A DNA stretch of 64,000 bases. It comes from Mobula hypostoma (lineage: Eukaryota). The notes below the pieces were generated by a model. The model made no database searches, was not told the DNA's origin, and saw only the letters and a program-made list of their open reading frames with translations. Where the stretch lies: contig NC_086109.1 of assembly GCF_963921235.1 (NCBI RefSeq), forward strand, positions 9,922,001 to 9,986,000. Direction: 5' to 3'. This document shows positions 1 through 14,290 of this stretch, one piece after another. The translations under genes and the position numbers were made by a program. Position 1 is the first letter of the stretch. Each line of letters opens with the position of its first letter.

Positions 1-134
1 TGACTTTTCTATGGCCCATGGTGGGTTAAAATGTTGAAGACATGTTGAAGTGAGTTTAACAGGTGTCATTCGTTCATTAGCATAGCTAACGTTATTTAAA
101 CTAGCTGGCTAGCTGCTAAAGAGCTACTCTATTG

Positions 135-218
135 CAGACATCCCACCTGTCCTGGAAGTCTCCCATAAATTAATGGTGCTACCTCCCTGAAATGAGTTTT
201 TGCAGGGTGGGATGTCTG
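135..218. repeat. 84-bp segment bounded by 13-bp inverted repeats (MITE-like)
   Basis: cagacatcccacc (135-147) / ggtgggatgtctg (206-218); no TSD seen. Confidence 0.4.
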
Positions 219-749
219 ACTTCATGCGTCTATGGACTCACTGAGGCTGTGGGCCTGCTCCAGGCTTCATGTGTCTATGGACTCACTTTCGTTCTGAACG
301 CTGTTGGTTGCTTTTATTGTTTGAAAGATGTGTATTTTTTTCCTCTCTCTCTGCTCATTGGGTGTTTGTTGGCCCTTTTATTAAATGGGTTCTTTAGGGT
401 TTCTTGTTTCATGGCTGCCTGTAAGCAGACGAATCTCAACATCGTATAACTTATACATATTTAGGTAATAAACATACTTTGACCTTTGAACTGCTCATGG
501 TGGTGGATTATAACTGCTAGCCTTAGAATCACATATAGGTCACTCAGGTAACTAATATATCCCTCTGTTATTGAACCAGCCGATGGTTTCTTGATACTCA
601 AATAATAACACCATCATTATCACTGTTACTTAGTGTACTTTCTAGTTCTAGCTAGATCTGAACTTGTCAGGAACACTAACCCAGTACTTACACTTACACT
701 TACTGGCAACTCACACAATGCAACGCAAAACACAAATACATTTATTGAA

Positions 750-1222
750 GTACTGGTTGCATTACAGTCTGGTCTGTACAGGATCGAAAAAGGCTGCAGA
801 AAGTTGTAAACTCAGCCAGCTCCATCATGGGCACCAGCTCTTCCAGCATTGAGGACACCTTCGAAAGGCACTGCCCCAAGAAGGTGGAATCCATCATTAA
901 GGACCCTCCATCACCCAGACGCCCTCTTCCCATTGCCACCATCACAGAGGGTGTACAGGAGCCTAAAGACACAACACTCAATGTTTCAGGGACAGCTTCT
1001 TCCCCTCCGCCATCAGATTTCTGAATGGACACTGAACCCATGAACTGTTCCTCACTATTTTCTTTTGCTTTTTCTTTGCACTACTTACTTAATTTAATAT
1101 TATATAAATATGTCTTATTGTAATTTATTGTTTTTTATCAATTCGCATTGCACTGTATTGCTGCCGCAAAACAACAAATTTCACGACGTATGCCAGTGAT
1201 AGTAAACCTGATTTTGATTCTG
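750..1222 (+). mobile_element. 3' fragment of a Rex1/Babar-like LINE (very common family in this window)
   Basis: Decayed 'SIIKDP.HP...LP.GR.YRSLK' tail with AT-rich 3'UTR ending aaacctgattttgattct. Related fragments near 8130-8660, 13930-14400, 20770-21140, 24245-24775, 26800-27150, 30120-30345, 46140-46960 and 56510-56985. Confidence 0.6.
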
Positions 1223-1689
1223 TAACATGCAGAGGAGAGGATGTCATTGCTAATTTGGAGTCCAGGTGATTAAACAGATTAAGGGTGCATGGTGCAGGGT
1301 GCAGGTTCCCTGACCGCAATTAAGACTTTGGCACTGCATGGAAAACCAGATTCAGAGGGGAGGGATATGGATAAGATGAAACAGGAATGCCCCCAAACCT
1401 GTTTTCTGGTTGTCTGGGTACAAATAGTAACAGGTGGAGGGGTTAGCCTCTGAGATTACACTTGTTCTCATATCACAGCTTCTTTTGAAGTTGGTCGCGA
1501 TTCAACATGTGTGTAAATATTGTGGAATTTGTAAAGATAGCACTGGGTTGATAATAGTTGACCCACGAGCAATAAGGATTTCACTTCCAGCAGTCCCGCA
1601 GGGCTGCGAGGGAATGAGAGCAGGTTCAAAGCTCTTGGAGCAGCACTTACCTCAGGAAGGGTGCTTCAGGTAATTAGGTATTCTGATGC

Positions 1690-1872
1690 AACGTCACCAC
1701 GAGCTGAATGCTACCTGTGTTTATAAAATAGAGAGCAGACAGGTAGCCAGCAGTAGAGGTGGGTCCTACAGTATTTATACTCCTGAAAGCAGTCCATTGA
1801 GGAAGGATTGGTGAAACTGGAAGGAGTCTCTGTCAAAAATTTAACACCCCATCCCATACGTAACAGGTAGGT
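1690..1872 (+). promoter_or_regulatory. Candidate TATA promoter and non-coding exon 1 of SLC26A9
   Basis: Apparently non-repetitive island with a half-CRE ACGTCA (1691-1696), forkhead-like TGTTTAT (1718-1724) overlapping TATAAAA (1722-1728), and a donor CAG|gtaggt at 1866/1867. The first coding exon has a splice acceptor, so an upstream non-coding exon is required. The link to this site is inference only. Confidence 0.35.
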
Positions 1873-2335
1873 GCCTTCTGTGTAACATTTCTCTCTTTTC
1901 TTTCTCGAGGCTCTTCGCCTTCAAATTGCTGAAAGCTGCGGACTGGTCGTCCTTTTATTTAACTTGTGTAAATACTTCCCTACCCTGGCCCGACCAGCAC
2001 ACCAAACACCTGTCTGCTCTCACTGTCTGAGGCTGCAATTGGTATTTTCTTTACAAAGATCTGGCTCTGCATTTGGTGTATTACAGTGGGTCGTGCGCAG
2101 TTTAATGGATCTTTTTTGGCCGGTTTTAGACAAAGTTCAAGATTTTAGTTCAGAATTTACCCAGCAAAGTGTGTGAGATTGGCTGTGATGCAATGGTGGA
2201 GGTATGGGGGAGGGAGGGGTAATTGCTTTTACCCTGTATTGCAAATCCACAGACACTTTACAGTTAATCATGAGAACCATTCGAATTCAACTGTATGGAA
2301 AGAGACTCCTGTGATTTTCTGCTCAGGCAGAACTG

Positions 2336-2414
2336 CAGGGTTCTCACCTTGGTGTCCCATGGACCCCTCGGTTAATGGTAGGGGTCCATGGCACAAAAAA
2401 GGTTGGGACCCCCT
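2336..2414. mobile_element. Small hAT-type MITE (~80 bp), same family as 37400-37478
   Basis: CAGGG..-type terminus; internal 12-bp inverted repeat ccatggacccct/aggggtccatgg; aligns by eye to 37400-37478. Confidence 0.6.
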
Positions 2415-4409
2415 CGTTTGGAGCAAACCTGCAAATTCTCAACAGAGCAAAACCTTTTAGAATACTTAAGACTATTTAATCCTTTATCAATAAAATATTC
2501 CCTCATTAAACTCCACCAAACTTTACTATTATGTATTGGATGGAGCATCATGTTAATGTCAGTGGTGTGTGCAAATGGGACATTGGTAAATAAATTTAAA
2601 TCATTCTTTTGCAGTCTAATTTCAACACTTTGGTGCTTCAAAAGTTTTGAAACTTAAACACAGGCTCTTAAAGAAATTGTATTTCAAAATATTATTTGGT
2701 TTAATTATATCTTGCGCTTTTTCATCTTCAAATTTATATGTTATGGGAGATAATTGGAATTAAGTCTTTCTATCCTACTCTGACTGGATATGAAGTAAAA
2801 AAAAGCAAATAGACACCATTCAGCCCATCTTGAACATACCAACTTTTGGAATGTGCCTTCCAATTTGATCCATTCCTCAGGTCTTACAACGGCCAAAAAT
2901 CTTTTCCTTCTGGAATAATGTAATATTGTAATAATAGGGTAATAATGAAAAATTGTAATAGCATTCCTTGGTGAAGGGATATAATCTGCTCCAATGACAC
3001 ATTCAGGCAAAACCATTTATAACATTCCAGGAGATTTTTGTTGACCAATACTAATGTATATTTTATCTGAATGTCCCTCTGATGCTGAGTTCAAGGTTGT
3101 GCTGTTGTTTGGATGTGAATTTCAGCTTTGCCCTGCTCCCCGTCTATCAAGTTTGTGTTCCACAAGTCAGTTAATTATTTTTAAATGTTATTTATCTTGC
3201 AGCCTGTGAGAAAACTCTCTTTCTTGCCAATATGTTAATAATCATAGATCTTAAGTGAAGGACCAGAGGAGAAGGTTGATCTTGGGCATTTGATAGGATG
3301 CATAACAACATTCATTGCAGAATCAGCAATAGCATTATCAGTAACTAAATGGGGATAAAAATGAAATTAAAATGGTTAGTGGAAGGGAGCTGGAGAAAAT
3401 ACCACATATACCATTGCTCCACAGATCCCGCCAGTAACTACAGAATCTACATGACCTTTTGTTGTGTTCACAGTTTCTAAGGGGCAGATTTTCCCCTACA
3501 AACTTTCCATAATGCCCCACAGATTAATGAAGGGTCTTGGCCCGAAATGTCGACTCTTTATTCTTTTCTATTGATGCTGCCTGACCTGCTGGGTTCCTCC
3601 AGCATTCTCGCAGAGTACAACCTCTAGATAGTGTGGATCATGGCACAGGGGGCTATTACAATATGATGTTGATCCATTATTTCTGGGGCACTCATCCCAG
3701 ATATCGTCACTTCTCCCCACCCCACTCCTCCCATTGGCAGAAGATGTGAAAGCCTGACCACTCACCACCAGACTCAAGGACAGCTTCTAATCTGCCGTTT
3801 TGTGACTATTGAATGGTTTCCTAGTATGATGAAAAGGACTTTGACCTTACATCAATCTCACTTTGACCTTATACCTTACTGCCTACCCACACTGCATGTC
3901 CCTGTGACTGTAATAGTTCATTCTGCATTCTGTTATTCTTTTCCCTTCTTTTCTCAATGCAGTGTTGTAATGTATTGATATATATGGACAGTATACAAGT
4001 CAAATTTTTGACTGTGCCTCGGTACAAGTGAAAATCAGAAAGCAAGTTAGCAGTTTACTAATTTATTACAGTGTAATGTCAATCTCTTACAGACAGATGA
4101 ATCAATGTTGATGCATTAGCACTTGGGAGGAGGCTACTCACTTGAAAATATTGCTGTATTGGCATTGATGATTGGAGTAATCAATGGATTAATAGTAAGG
4201 TTTGGGATACTGGGTATTGTTGATTCGTTAACAAGATAGTCATGATAATATTCATGAATTAATACCAGGGAAACAGCAAGCACTAGATAATTTTGTGATG
4301 TTCATGTTGATTGGACATAGCAAACGCTGTGGGATATTGATGCTTGATATGGCCATGCCTGAGGTATATGGAAGTAGGTAAGATCAAGAACTTCAGGGCT
4401 ATTGATCAA

Positions 4410-4670
4410 GGGTTGGCATGGTAGCGTAGTGGTCCCCGCAATTTTATTACATTGCCAGTGACCTGAGTTCAATTCCTGCCGGTGTCTCTGAGGAGTTTCT
4501 ACATTCTCCCCGTGACAGTATGGGATTCCTCTGGGTACTCCGGTTTCGTCCCACATTCCAAACGCTTGCAGGTTAGTAGGTTAATTGGTCACTTGGGTGT
4601 AATTGAGCGTCATGGGCTTGCTGGGCCGGAAGGGCCTTTTATCCTGGAGTATCTCTAAATAAAATAAAAT
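4410..4670 (+). mobile_element. tRNA-derived V-SINE (HE1-like)
   Basis: A-box-like tggtagcgtagtgg, B-box-like gagttcaattcc, V-domain ttctccccgtgac...ctctgggtactccggtttcgtcccaca, A-rich tail. Other copies near 9025-9280, 13575-13800, 16510-16780, 31795-32135 and 52260-52530(-). Confidence 0.75.
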
Positions 4671-7600
4671 TTAGAGAACATCAACGAGAGGGAGAGAGGA
4701 TGGTTTGTTTGCTGGAACTTCCGTCATGAATCTGACACATTTCCTCCAGTAGAAAAATCACCCCTTAAAATTTCCTGGTCTGAGTGGCCCAAAGACCTTG
4801 TCTTTCATGATAGTGCAGAAGGAGCCCAGTTTCTCCAACAGGGCACCAGTTCTTCCTGGTTTGGCATGGGCAGATTATCAGCAGTTCCTCCTGGAGATTA
4901 TCTCACCCAGTCTCACATGGTGGAATCAGGTTTCTCTTCTATGAAAGAGCGAATCTGTCACAGGGTATGCTGCCATCTCACGGTGTTAGGTTCCAGCTTG
5001 CATACTAAGATATGTTTAGCTTTCACTAAGTATGCTCCATTGTCTTAATACTAACAGAGCTGCTGCTCACAGTTCCAGTGACCTGGGTTCATAAGAACAT
5101 AAAGTCTCAGCCCAAAATGTCAAGTGTTTATTCCTTTCCATTGATGCTGCCTGGCCTGTTGAGTTCCTCCAGCATTTTGTGTGTGTTGCTTAAGAAAATA
5201 GGAACAAGAGTACAACACCCAGCCCCTCTAGTGTGCTTGACTATGCAATGAGATCATAGCTGATCTGTTCCAGGCCTCACCTCCTCTTGTAGATCCGTTC
5301 CCCATTATCAAAAATCCGTCTACCTCCTCTTTCAATACCCTCAATGATACAATCTCCACAATCTCTCAACATCAACTATCAGAATCATTTTCTATGTCTG
5401 TACCAATGGTAAATTGGTTCATTATTGCCATATGTATCAAGTTACAGATGTTGTGCTTACAATCCATACAGATCAATTAATTAGACAGTGCATTGGGGTG
5501 GTGCAAGGTAAAACAATAACAGTATGTAGATTAAAGTGAACAGGTACAGAAAATGTGCAGTGCAGGTAGTCATTGGGGTGCAAGATCATGAGGGGGTAGA
5601 TTGTGAGGTCAAAGGTCTATTTTATCATACTATGGAACTTTTCTATAATCTTATAACGGTGGTCATAGAGTTATAGAGCTATAAAGCGGTACAGCACAAA
5701 AACAGGCCTTTTGGCCCATCTAGTCATTTTGCCAAAATGTTATTCTGTCTATTCCCATAAATAGCCCTCCGTACTCCTCCCGTCCATATACTTGTTAGTG
5801 AGAGAGAGCTTGTAGCATGTCGATCTGCTGGGATAGGTAAATTATGCCAGTAAATTATGGACTGTAGTTTTTGATGGACTCTAGATTATGGTCTGCTTGG
5901 GGAGCTTTGCTAATGCCTACATGGTAGGTAGTGGGGGTCCTGATGCTTCCTACTGGAACAAGTTGGGGGAGCAAGGGGGGGGTTAATGCTTTGCTTCTGC
6001 TTGTGCGTGGGAGGGGGGAGATGAACTTTGGGGTTCTAACATTTTTCTGTCATTCACTCTGTGGGGTTTTCTTCTGTTTCGGGGATGTCTGTGAAGAGTA
6101 AGATTTTCAGGTTGTGCACTGTATACATTCTCTGATATTAAGTGGAACCATTGAACCAGTGAACCAATCCAAACTTCTCTTAAATATTGAAATCAATCCT
6201 GCATCCACCATTTCCGCTGACAGCTCATTCCACACCTGCGCCATTTTCTGAGTGATGATGCTCCCCTTAAACATTTCATCTTTCACTCTGAACCTATGAC
6301 CTCTAGTTCTGGTCTCATTTTTCCTCAGTGGAAAAAGTCTGCTTGCATTTAACCTATCAGTACCCCTCATAACTTTGTGTACCTCTCAAATCTACCCTCA
6401 TTCTCTTACCCTCCAGAGAATAAAGTCTTAACTTATTCAACATTTCCCTATAGCTCAGATCCTCAAGTCCCAGTGAATATTGATTCGCTAAATCATTAAT
6501 ACAGGACACAATTGCCCAAATTTAGGGACATACACATCATTCCAGTAAGTTATATTACCCCAATTTTTATTTTTGTTCGTAGACTACTGCATCACTATTA
6601 AGGAAGTCAGTCATTTACATTTGCCGGAAATTCTGAGGCACAACAGGGAGAACAGTGGTGACGGGACAGTGCACAGTTCTGGTATATAGCTACTTCTCAA
6701 TTACTGCAAGGATTAGAGGAGACATTTTTAAGCAGAGGATGATGAGGTCAGTCTTGAACTCTCTGCTGGAAAGGGTGGTGCTGACAAAAGCACTCACCAC
6801 TACAAGAAGAGCAGGTTAAGAGGGAACATGACCGAAATGTGCAGAATTATAAAGGGCATAGATGGGGTAGACTGTAGGAATCTTTTCCTTTATCGGAGTT
6901 AGACAAAAACCAAGAGGACACAGATTTATGGCAAAGAGCAAGATGAAGGGTCTCAGCCCAAAATAACGACAGCTTACTCCCCTCAATAGATGCTGCCTGG
7001 CTTGTAAATTCCTCCAGTTATTTGTTTGTGTTGGTAGAGATTTAATAGACAGCACAGTACAGGTTCTTAGGCCCACAAAGTTTTGCTGACCTTTTAACCT
7101 ACTGTAAGATCAATCCAATCCTTCCCTCCCACATAGCCCTCTGATTTTCTGTCATTCATGCACCAATTTATGAGCTTCTTAAATGTCTCGAGTGCATCTG
7201 CCTTCATCTCCATCCCTGGCAGGGTGTTCCATGCACTCACCACTCTGTGTAAAAGTACCTACCTCTGACATCGCTCATATACTTTCCTCCAATCACCTTA
7301 AAATTATGTCCCCTCGTATTAGCCATTTCCACCCTGGGGAAAAAAAATATCTGGCTGTCCACTCTATCTGTGTCTCTTGTCATCTTTAATGCCCGTATAA
7401 AGTCACCTCTCACCCGCCATCGCCCCCCCCCACTTCAAAGAGAAAAGCTGTAGCTTGCTGGAATTTTCCTCATTCGACTTGTTCTCTAGTCCAGTCAGCA
7501 TCCTGTTAAGTGGAGGAAACTTGAGGGGGACCTTTTTCACCTTGAGGGCACTGAATGCCTGGAACCCACTGCCAGAGAGAGCAGAGGAAGCAGTCAGTGA

Positions 7601-9879
7601 CAGCATTCAATAGCACTTCATTTGCCAAGGCAGTGAAGTCTATGGCCAAGTGTTGGAAAACGGGATTAATGTGGATGGGTGCTAACTGCTCTGTGTGGAC
7701 GTGTAAGCCCAATGGTTTGTTTGCATGCTCAGAAGTTGTCTGCCAATTACTTATCTTGCCCTACAAAAGTATTTTTCAAATTAGTACTGTCGGGATGTAG
7801 AGACTGTTTTTCAAAGAATGTTTCAGTCAGATAAGGAAAGGTTATTGATAAGGTTTCTTTGAAGGGTAGGGAAATATCTCACAGTGATTGTTAAATAAAA
7901 TGTTCCAGCAAAACTGAGGCAGAGAAGGGGTTAAGCAAAGACTCCAAGCAGCTCGTTTTACTGGATGAGTTTAGTTAAACAAAAGCTTTGTGGAGAAGTG
8001 ATGGTTTGTCTAGTGTTGCACAAATGGAATCTCTCCAAGGTGGGATTAGGTGAGGAGGTTTCGTCTTTGACTAGTTCGGGAAATGAACGCAGAAAATGAG
8101 TTGAGGCCTACACAGATCAGCCATGGTGATCCTCCCTGGTAGTAGCAATGAGAAGAGGGCATGTCCTGGATGGAGGCAGTCCTCCTCTGCCACTCCAGGG
8201 AGGAGGTACAGGAGCCTGAAGACACACATTTGAAGTTTCAGAAACAGGTTCTTCTCCTCTGCCATCAGATTTCTGATGGTCCATGAACTCATGAACTCTG
8301 ATTCATTATTTTTGCTCTCTGTTTGCACTAATTAAATTTTTTATATACTCCTTATTATAATTTATAGTATATTTTATGTATTGCACTGTACTATTGCCCC
8401 AAAACAACAAACTTCATGACATATGCTAGTGATAACAAACCTGATTATAAGCTTTCACTGATGCTGTGCACTGGCCCCGCCATACCAGTTAGCAATGCAA
8501 CCAGCCAGAATGCTCTTCACAGTATATCTGTAGGAATTTGATAGAATCGTGGTGACATGCCAAATCTCCTCAAATTCCAAATGATATGTAGTCACTGGCG
8601 TAATTGCATCAATATGTTGGGCCCAGGATAGATCTTCAGAGGTGTTGACACCCAGGAATTCCCAGTGAGGTACACACCCTGTGGGTGGACACATTAGAAG
8701 TGTTGATATGGCACCTTTTGGAATGTTTCGCAGGGCACCACCAAAATTCAATTGCTTTTGGGTTCGTTCAAAGTGATGGGTTCAGGGAGGAGAGCAAAGA
8801 GCTGTGAGGTTTTAGGAATGAATTCCCAAGATTGAGATTCAGGTGGTTGAAGTCACGGAGCAATGAAAAGCACATTTGCATGAGGGGGCAGAATTAGAGG
8901 GGTGCAGATACCTAGTAGGGTGTGGGACGGGACCAGATTACAATGATAGGGAGGCTGACTCGATGGAGGAAAGGAAACGTTTAAATTATAGCAGTGCAAA
9001 CAGTGAACGCTCTACATCTCGGCGCGGCACGGGACTGCATGGTAGCATTTACAGCACAGGTAACTGGGGTTCAAATCCCGCTGCTGCTTGTAAGGCGTTT
9101 GTGCGTTCTCCCCGTAACTGTGTGGGGTTTCTCCCACACAGTCCAAAGACCTACCAGTTGGTAGGTTTATTGGTCATTGTAAGTTCTCCCCTGATCAGGC
9201 TAGGATTAAATTGGGGAGTTGCTGGGCAGCACGGCTCGGAGGGCTGGAAGGGCCTAGTCCACGCTGTATCTCTATTTTAAAAAACTCATATTCTTCATAT
9301 TTATTGCATATTTATTAATATTAACATTTTCTCTTTTTTTGTAATTGCGCTGTTCGTTGTCTTTTGCACGTTGGTTGTCCGTATTTGTCATGCATGGTTT
9401 TTCATTAATTCTATTGTGTTTCTTGTATTTACTGTGAATGCCTGCAAGAAAATGAATCTCAGGGTGGTATACGGTGACATATATGTAGTTTGATAATAAA
9501 TTTACTTTGAACTTTGAACTTTTCACGTGAGACCCCGCTGACCCTGACTGGACCGAACAATGAACTGTGGGTTTGGGTTCAGGTTGGTTCAGGGATAAGT
9601 TTTGATAAAGTGCCTGGCTTTAGATTGCACCATGTTAGCCAGGCTATCAAGTAGAGTCACAGAGTCGTACAGAACAGTAACAGACGCTCTGGCCCACATC
9701 ATCCATACTAACTGGAACTTAAACTCGAATTAATTCATTGTTGTTACATGCACTGAACTACAGTGAAAAGCTTGTCTGGCTTACTGTTCATAGACAGTGC
9801 ACTGAGGTAGCACAAGGTAAAACAATAACAGAATGCAGAATAAAGTACATCCACACTAGTCACTAATTTCTGATTCTGA

Positions 9880-11270
9880 ATCTCATTTACCCACACTAGG
9901 CCTGATTCCTTCTGTGCCTTGTTTATTCCAGTGCCTGTTTAAATGTCTCTTAAAGGTAATGATTGTATCTGATTCCCTCACCACCTTTGGCAACATGTTC
10001 CAGTTATCAGTCACTCGCAGTGTTAAAAATTTACCCTGACTGTCCCCTTTAAAACTCCCACCTCTCACCTTTAAACTCTGCCCTCTTGATTTTTGATACC
10101 CCTGCCATAGGGAAAAGATTCTGATGATCAACCCTATCTTCGCCTCTTGTAGTTATATATACTTCTAACAGGATACCCCTCAGTCTCCATTGCTCTGAGG
10201 AAAACAAGCCCAGCTTGTCCAATCTCTCCCCATAGCTGAAATCCTGGTGAATCTCCTTCCCATATTCTCCACCACAGACACATCATACCTGTAGCATGAT
10301 GACCAAAACTGTACACAATTGTCCTATGCTTTGTAAAATTAGACTATAAGACCATAAAATAGAGGAGTAGAATTAGGCAACTTGGCCCGTCGAGTCTGCT
10401 CCACTATTTCGTCATGGCTGATCCATTTCCCTCTCAGTCCCAGTCTCCTGCCTTCTCCCCGTATCCCTTCATCCCCTGAGCAATCAAGAATCTATCAACC
10501 TCTGCCTTGAACATACCCAATGACCTGGCCTCCAGAGCCACCAGTGGCAATTGCTGCTTAATCTCCCTGTTTTTACATTCTGTGCTGTTATCTATAAAGG
10601 CAAGCACGATATATGTTTCCTTTACCTTCCTTTCTACTTGGGTTGCCACTTTCAAAGAATTTCAAGATCCCTCTATTCCTCAACATTCCTTAGCACTCCC
10701 CAAACCCATTTACTATATATGTCCTTATTGTTAGTCCCTCGAGTGCAGGAGAATGAGAGGAGATTTGATAGAGGTGTACATAATTATGAGGGACATAATT
10801 TACGGTAAATGTAAATGGATTAGATGGGGCGAAGGGCCTGTTTCTGTGCTGTAGTGCTCTGTCTTTATGACTGTATGTCCTACCCCTAAGTGCATCATCT
10901 CCCACTTCTGGGGATTAAATTCTCTGCCAACGCTTTGCTCAACTTTCCATCTGACTTATATCCTGCTGGAGCCTCAGACAATCTTCCTCACTTTATCCAC
11001 AATCCCTCTAATTTTTGTGTCATTCACAAATCGAGGTAATTAATATACATATATCTCAAACAACCACAGTCCCTCTACTCATCCCCACGGTATATCACTG
11101 GTCTCGGACTTTCAATTAGTCAAGAGGCAGTACCCTCGGCTTCCTATGACCAAGCCGTATTTTGGATCTAGTTAGCCAGCTTGCTTTGGTTCCTGTGTGC
11201 CTTAACCTTCCAGGGGAGCCCTTCATGCAGGAGTTTGTCGAAAGCCTTAATGAAGTCCATATAGCCAACT
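9880..11270 (-). mobile_element. Decayed CR1-type LINE fragments with nested insertions
   Basis: ORF-track pieces 'RGQSLKVRGGSFKGD..GKFLTLRV..WN.LP' and 'FKAEVDRFL'. Confidence 0.65.
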
Positions 11271-11271
11271 T

Positions 11272-11635
11272 CTGGGTGGTGAGATGGAGATACGTCCCTA
11301 CCAAAGGAGGTGTAAGGTGCTTCTTTCCTCCACTAGCCTGCAGGTCACCCTTGGGCAAGGTGTAGCACCTACGTATCCTCCCCAGTCAGGGTCACATTAA
11401 GCCATGGGAGCAGGTGGTGGATGGTTGTTTGAGCATCACAAGTCCTGGTTATGCGAGGCAGACAATCTCTGAAGAGTACTGATAATGGCTGGGGTCACCC
11501 ACCTTGTAAAGACACTGCCCAGAACAAGGCAATGGCAAACCACTTCTGTAGAAAAATTTGCCAAGAGCAGTCATGGTCATTGAAAGACCACGATTGCCCA
11601 TGTCATGCGACATGGCACATAAAGAATGAACGATT
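11272..11635 (+). mobile_element. Non-autonomous repeat with RTE/BovB-like 3' end
   Basis: Contains aaggcaatggcaaaccact (resembling the RTE/BovB 3' motif) and a short tandem tail. Closely related copies at about 32410-32570 plus 33520-33785(-), 49265-49650(-) and 59330-59715(-). Confidence 0.6.
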
Positions 11636-11821
11636 GACAATATTGACTGCCCTACCTTTATCAGTATTACCCATCACACAATCACTTTAATGAAATAATT
11701 GCTTTTCCTTTTCCTCACAGATGACTGCTATTATATAGGCAGTAAACTTTAGGTGGAATTAGAGTGCATCAGGATAGTGAAGAGAAAAAGAGAATGCAGA
11801 AGAGTGTATTAATTACAGAGT

Positions 11822-13503
11822 AGACTATAAGACCATAAGACAAAGGAGCAGAAGTTGGCCATTCGGCCCATCGAGTCTGCTCCGCCATTTTATCATAAGC
11901 TGATCCATTCTCCCATTTAGTCCCACTCCCCTGCCTTCTCACCATAACCTTTGATGTCCTGGCTACTCAGATACCTATCAATCTCTGCCTTAAATGCACC
12001 CAATGATTTGGCCTCCACTGCCGCCTGTGGCAACAAATTCCACAGCTTCACCACCCTCTGGCTAAAAAAATTTCTTCGCATCTCTGTTCTGAATGGGCGC
12101 CCTTCAACTCTTAAGTCATGCCCTCTCATACTGGACTCCCCCACCATGGGAAACAATTTTGCCACATCCACTCTGTCCATGCCTTTCAACATTCAAAATG
12201 TTTCTATGAGGTCCCCCCTCATTCTTCTAAACTCCAAGGAATACAGTCCAAGAGCAGACAAATGTGCCTCATATGTTAACCCTCTCATTCCCAGAATCAT
12301 TCTAGTGAATCTTCTCAAAACCCTCTCCAACGCCAGCACATCCTTTCTTATATAAGGAGCCCAAAACTACCCACAGTACTCCAAGTGAGGTCTTACCAGT
12401 GCCTTATAGAGCCTCAACATCACATCCCTGCTCCTATACTCTATTCCTCCAGAAATGAATGCCAACATTGCATTCGCCTTCTTCACCACCGACTCAACCT
12501 GGAGGTTAACCTTAAGGGTATCCTGCACGAGTACTCCCAAGTCCCGTTGCATCTCAGAACTTTGAATTCTCTCCCCATTTAAATAATAGTCTGCCTGTTT
12601 ATTTCTCCTGCCAAAGTGCATAACCATACACTTTCCAACATTGTATTTCATTTGCCACTTCTTTGCCCATTCTCCCAATCTATCCAAGTCTCTCTGCAGA
12701 CTCTCTGTTTCCTCAGCACATCCGGCCCCTCCACCTATCTTTGTATCATCAGCAAACTTAGCCACAGAGCCATCTATTCCATAATCCAAATCGTTGATGT
12801 ACAACGTAAAAAGAAGCTGCCCCAACACAGACCCCTGTGGAACACCACTGGTAACCAGCAGCCAACCAGAATAGGATCCCTTTATTCCCACTCTCTGTTT
12901 CCTGCCAATCAGCCAACACTCTATCCACGTATGTAACTTTCCCATCTTATCTTGTTAAGCAGCCTCATGTGTGGCACCTTGTCAAAGGCCTTCTGAAAAT
13001 CCAAATATACAACATCCACTGCATCTCCCTTGTCTAGCCTACTTGTAATTTCCTCAAAAAATTGCAATAGGTTTGTCAGGCAGGATTTTCCTTTAGGGAA
13101 ACCATGCTGAGTTCTGCCTATCTTGTCATATGCCTCCAGGTACTCCGTAACCTCATCCTTGACAATCGACTCCAACAACTACTCAACCACCGATGTCAAG
13201 CTAACAGGTCTATAATTTTCCTTTTGCTTCCTTGCCCCCTTCTTAAATAGCGGAGTGACATTTGCAATCTTCCAGTCCTCTGGAACCATGCCAGAATCTA
13301 TTGACTTTTGAAAGATCATTGCTAATGCCTCTGCAATCTCCACAGCTACTTCTTTCAGAATACGAGGGTGCATTCCATCTGGTCCGGGACATTTATCTAC
13401 CCTTAGACTATTCAGCTTCCTGAGTACTTTCTCTGTCATAATTGTGACTGCGCACACTTCTCTTCCCTGACACCCGGTATACTGCTGATGTCTTCCTCAG
13501 TGA
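11822..13503 (-). mobile_element. 5'-truncated CR1-clade LINE (RT domain, disrupted)
   Basis: ORFs with PGPDGMHPRILKE, NYRPVSLTS, VYLDFQKAFDKVPH, SGVPQGSVLG, KFADDTK, RPHLEYC, FFSQRVV; (ataagacc)n tail; stops and a deletion break the ORF. Confidence 0.93.
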
Positions 13504-14159
13504 AGTACAGTGCAGCCAGACAAATACAATGTAGGGGCTACAATGTGATAGATTGGGATATCAAGAGTTCAACTCATGATAGCGTAATGCTATCACATGG
13601 CCAGCGACCCAGGTTTAATTCCGCCACTGTCTGTAAGGCATTTGTATGTTCTCCTGTTGGTTTCCTCCGAGTGATCCTGTTTCCTCCCACATTCCAAAGG
13701 TGCACAGATTAGCGAGTTAATTGGTCACATGGGTGTAATTAGGTGGCATGAGCTCGTTGGGACCAAAAGGGCCTGGTACCGTGCTGTATCTCCAAATAAA
13801 AGCTGTTGGCGTATGATAACAGTTGGATAGAAGTTGCCCTTGAGACTGATGGTTCTAATTGTCCTTTATAACTAACCCTTGATTCGATGCCAACAGAACA
13901 GTGACTCTAAATCAGCAAAGGTAATGGATGCCTCAAAAAAGTGATGTCCGTCATTAAAGACCCAATCACTTAGGACATGCCCTCCACCCATTGCTAGGTC
14001 AAAGTGGAGGTACAGGAGCCTAAGGACACAGACTCAACGTATTATGAGCAGCTTATTCCCCTCCGCCATCAGATTTCTGAATGGACAATGAACCTGTGAA
14101 CACAACCCCAGTCTTGCTCTCTTTTTGCACTCCTTACCTAATTAAACTGTTTAAACCTT

Positions 14160-14290
14160 GGAAATATATACTGTATATATCTATATAGATAGATCTCTTT
14201 CTCTCTCTTTCCCTATCTTTCTCTCTCTCTCTCTCCCTCTCTATAGGTATATAGATATAGATAGAGATATATCTGTATATCTATCAATAA
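14160..14290. repeat. Compound (TA)/(TC)/(GATA) microsatellite
   Basis: Seen directly in the sequence. Confidence 0.8.

Noticed and set aside
11917..13457. Active LINE ORF2
   Set aside because: 5'-truncated, with a stop codon, deletion and frameshift; no endonuclease domain or ORF1.
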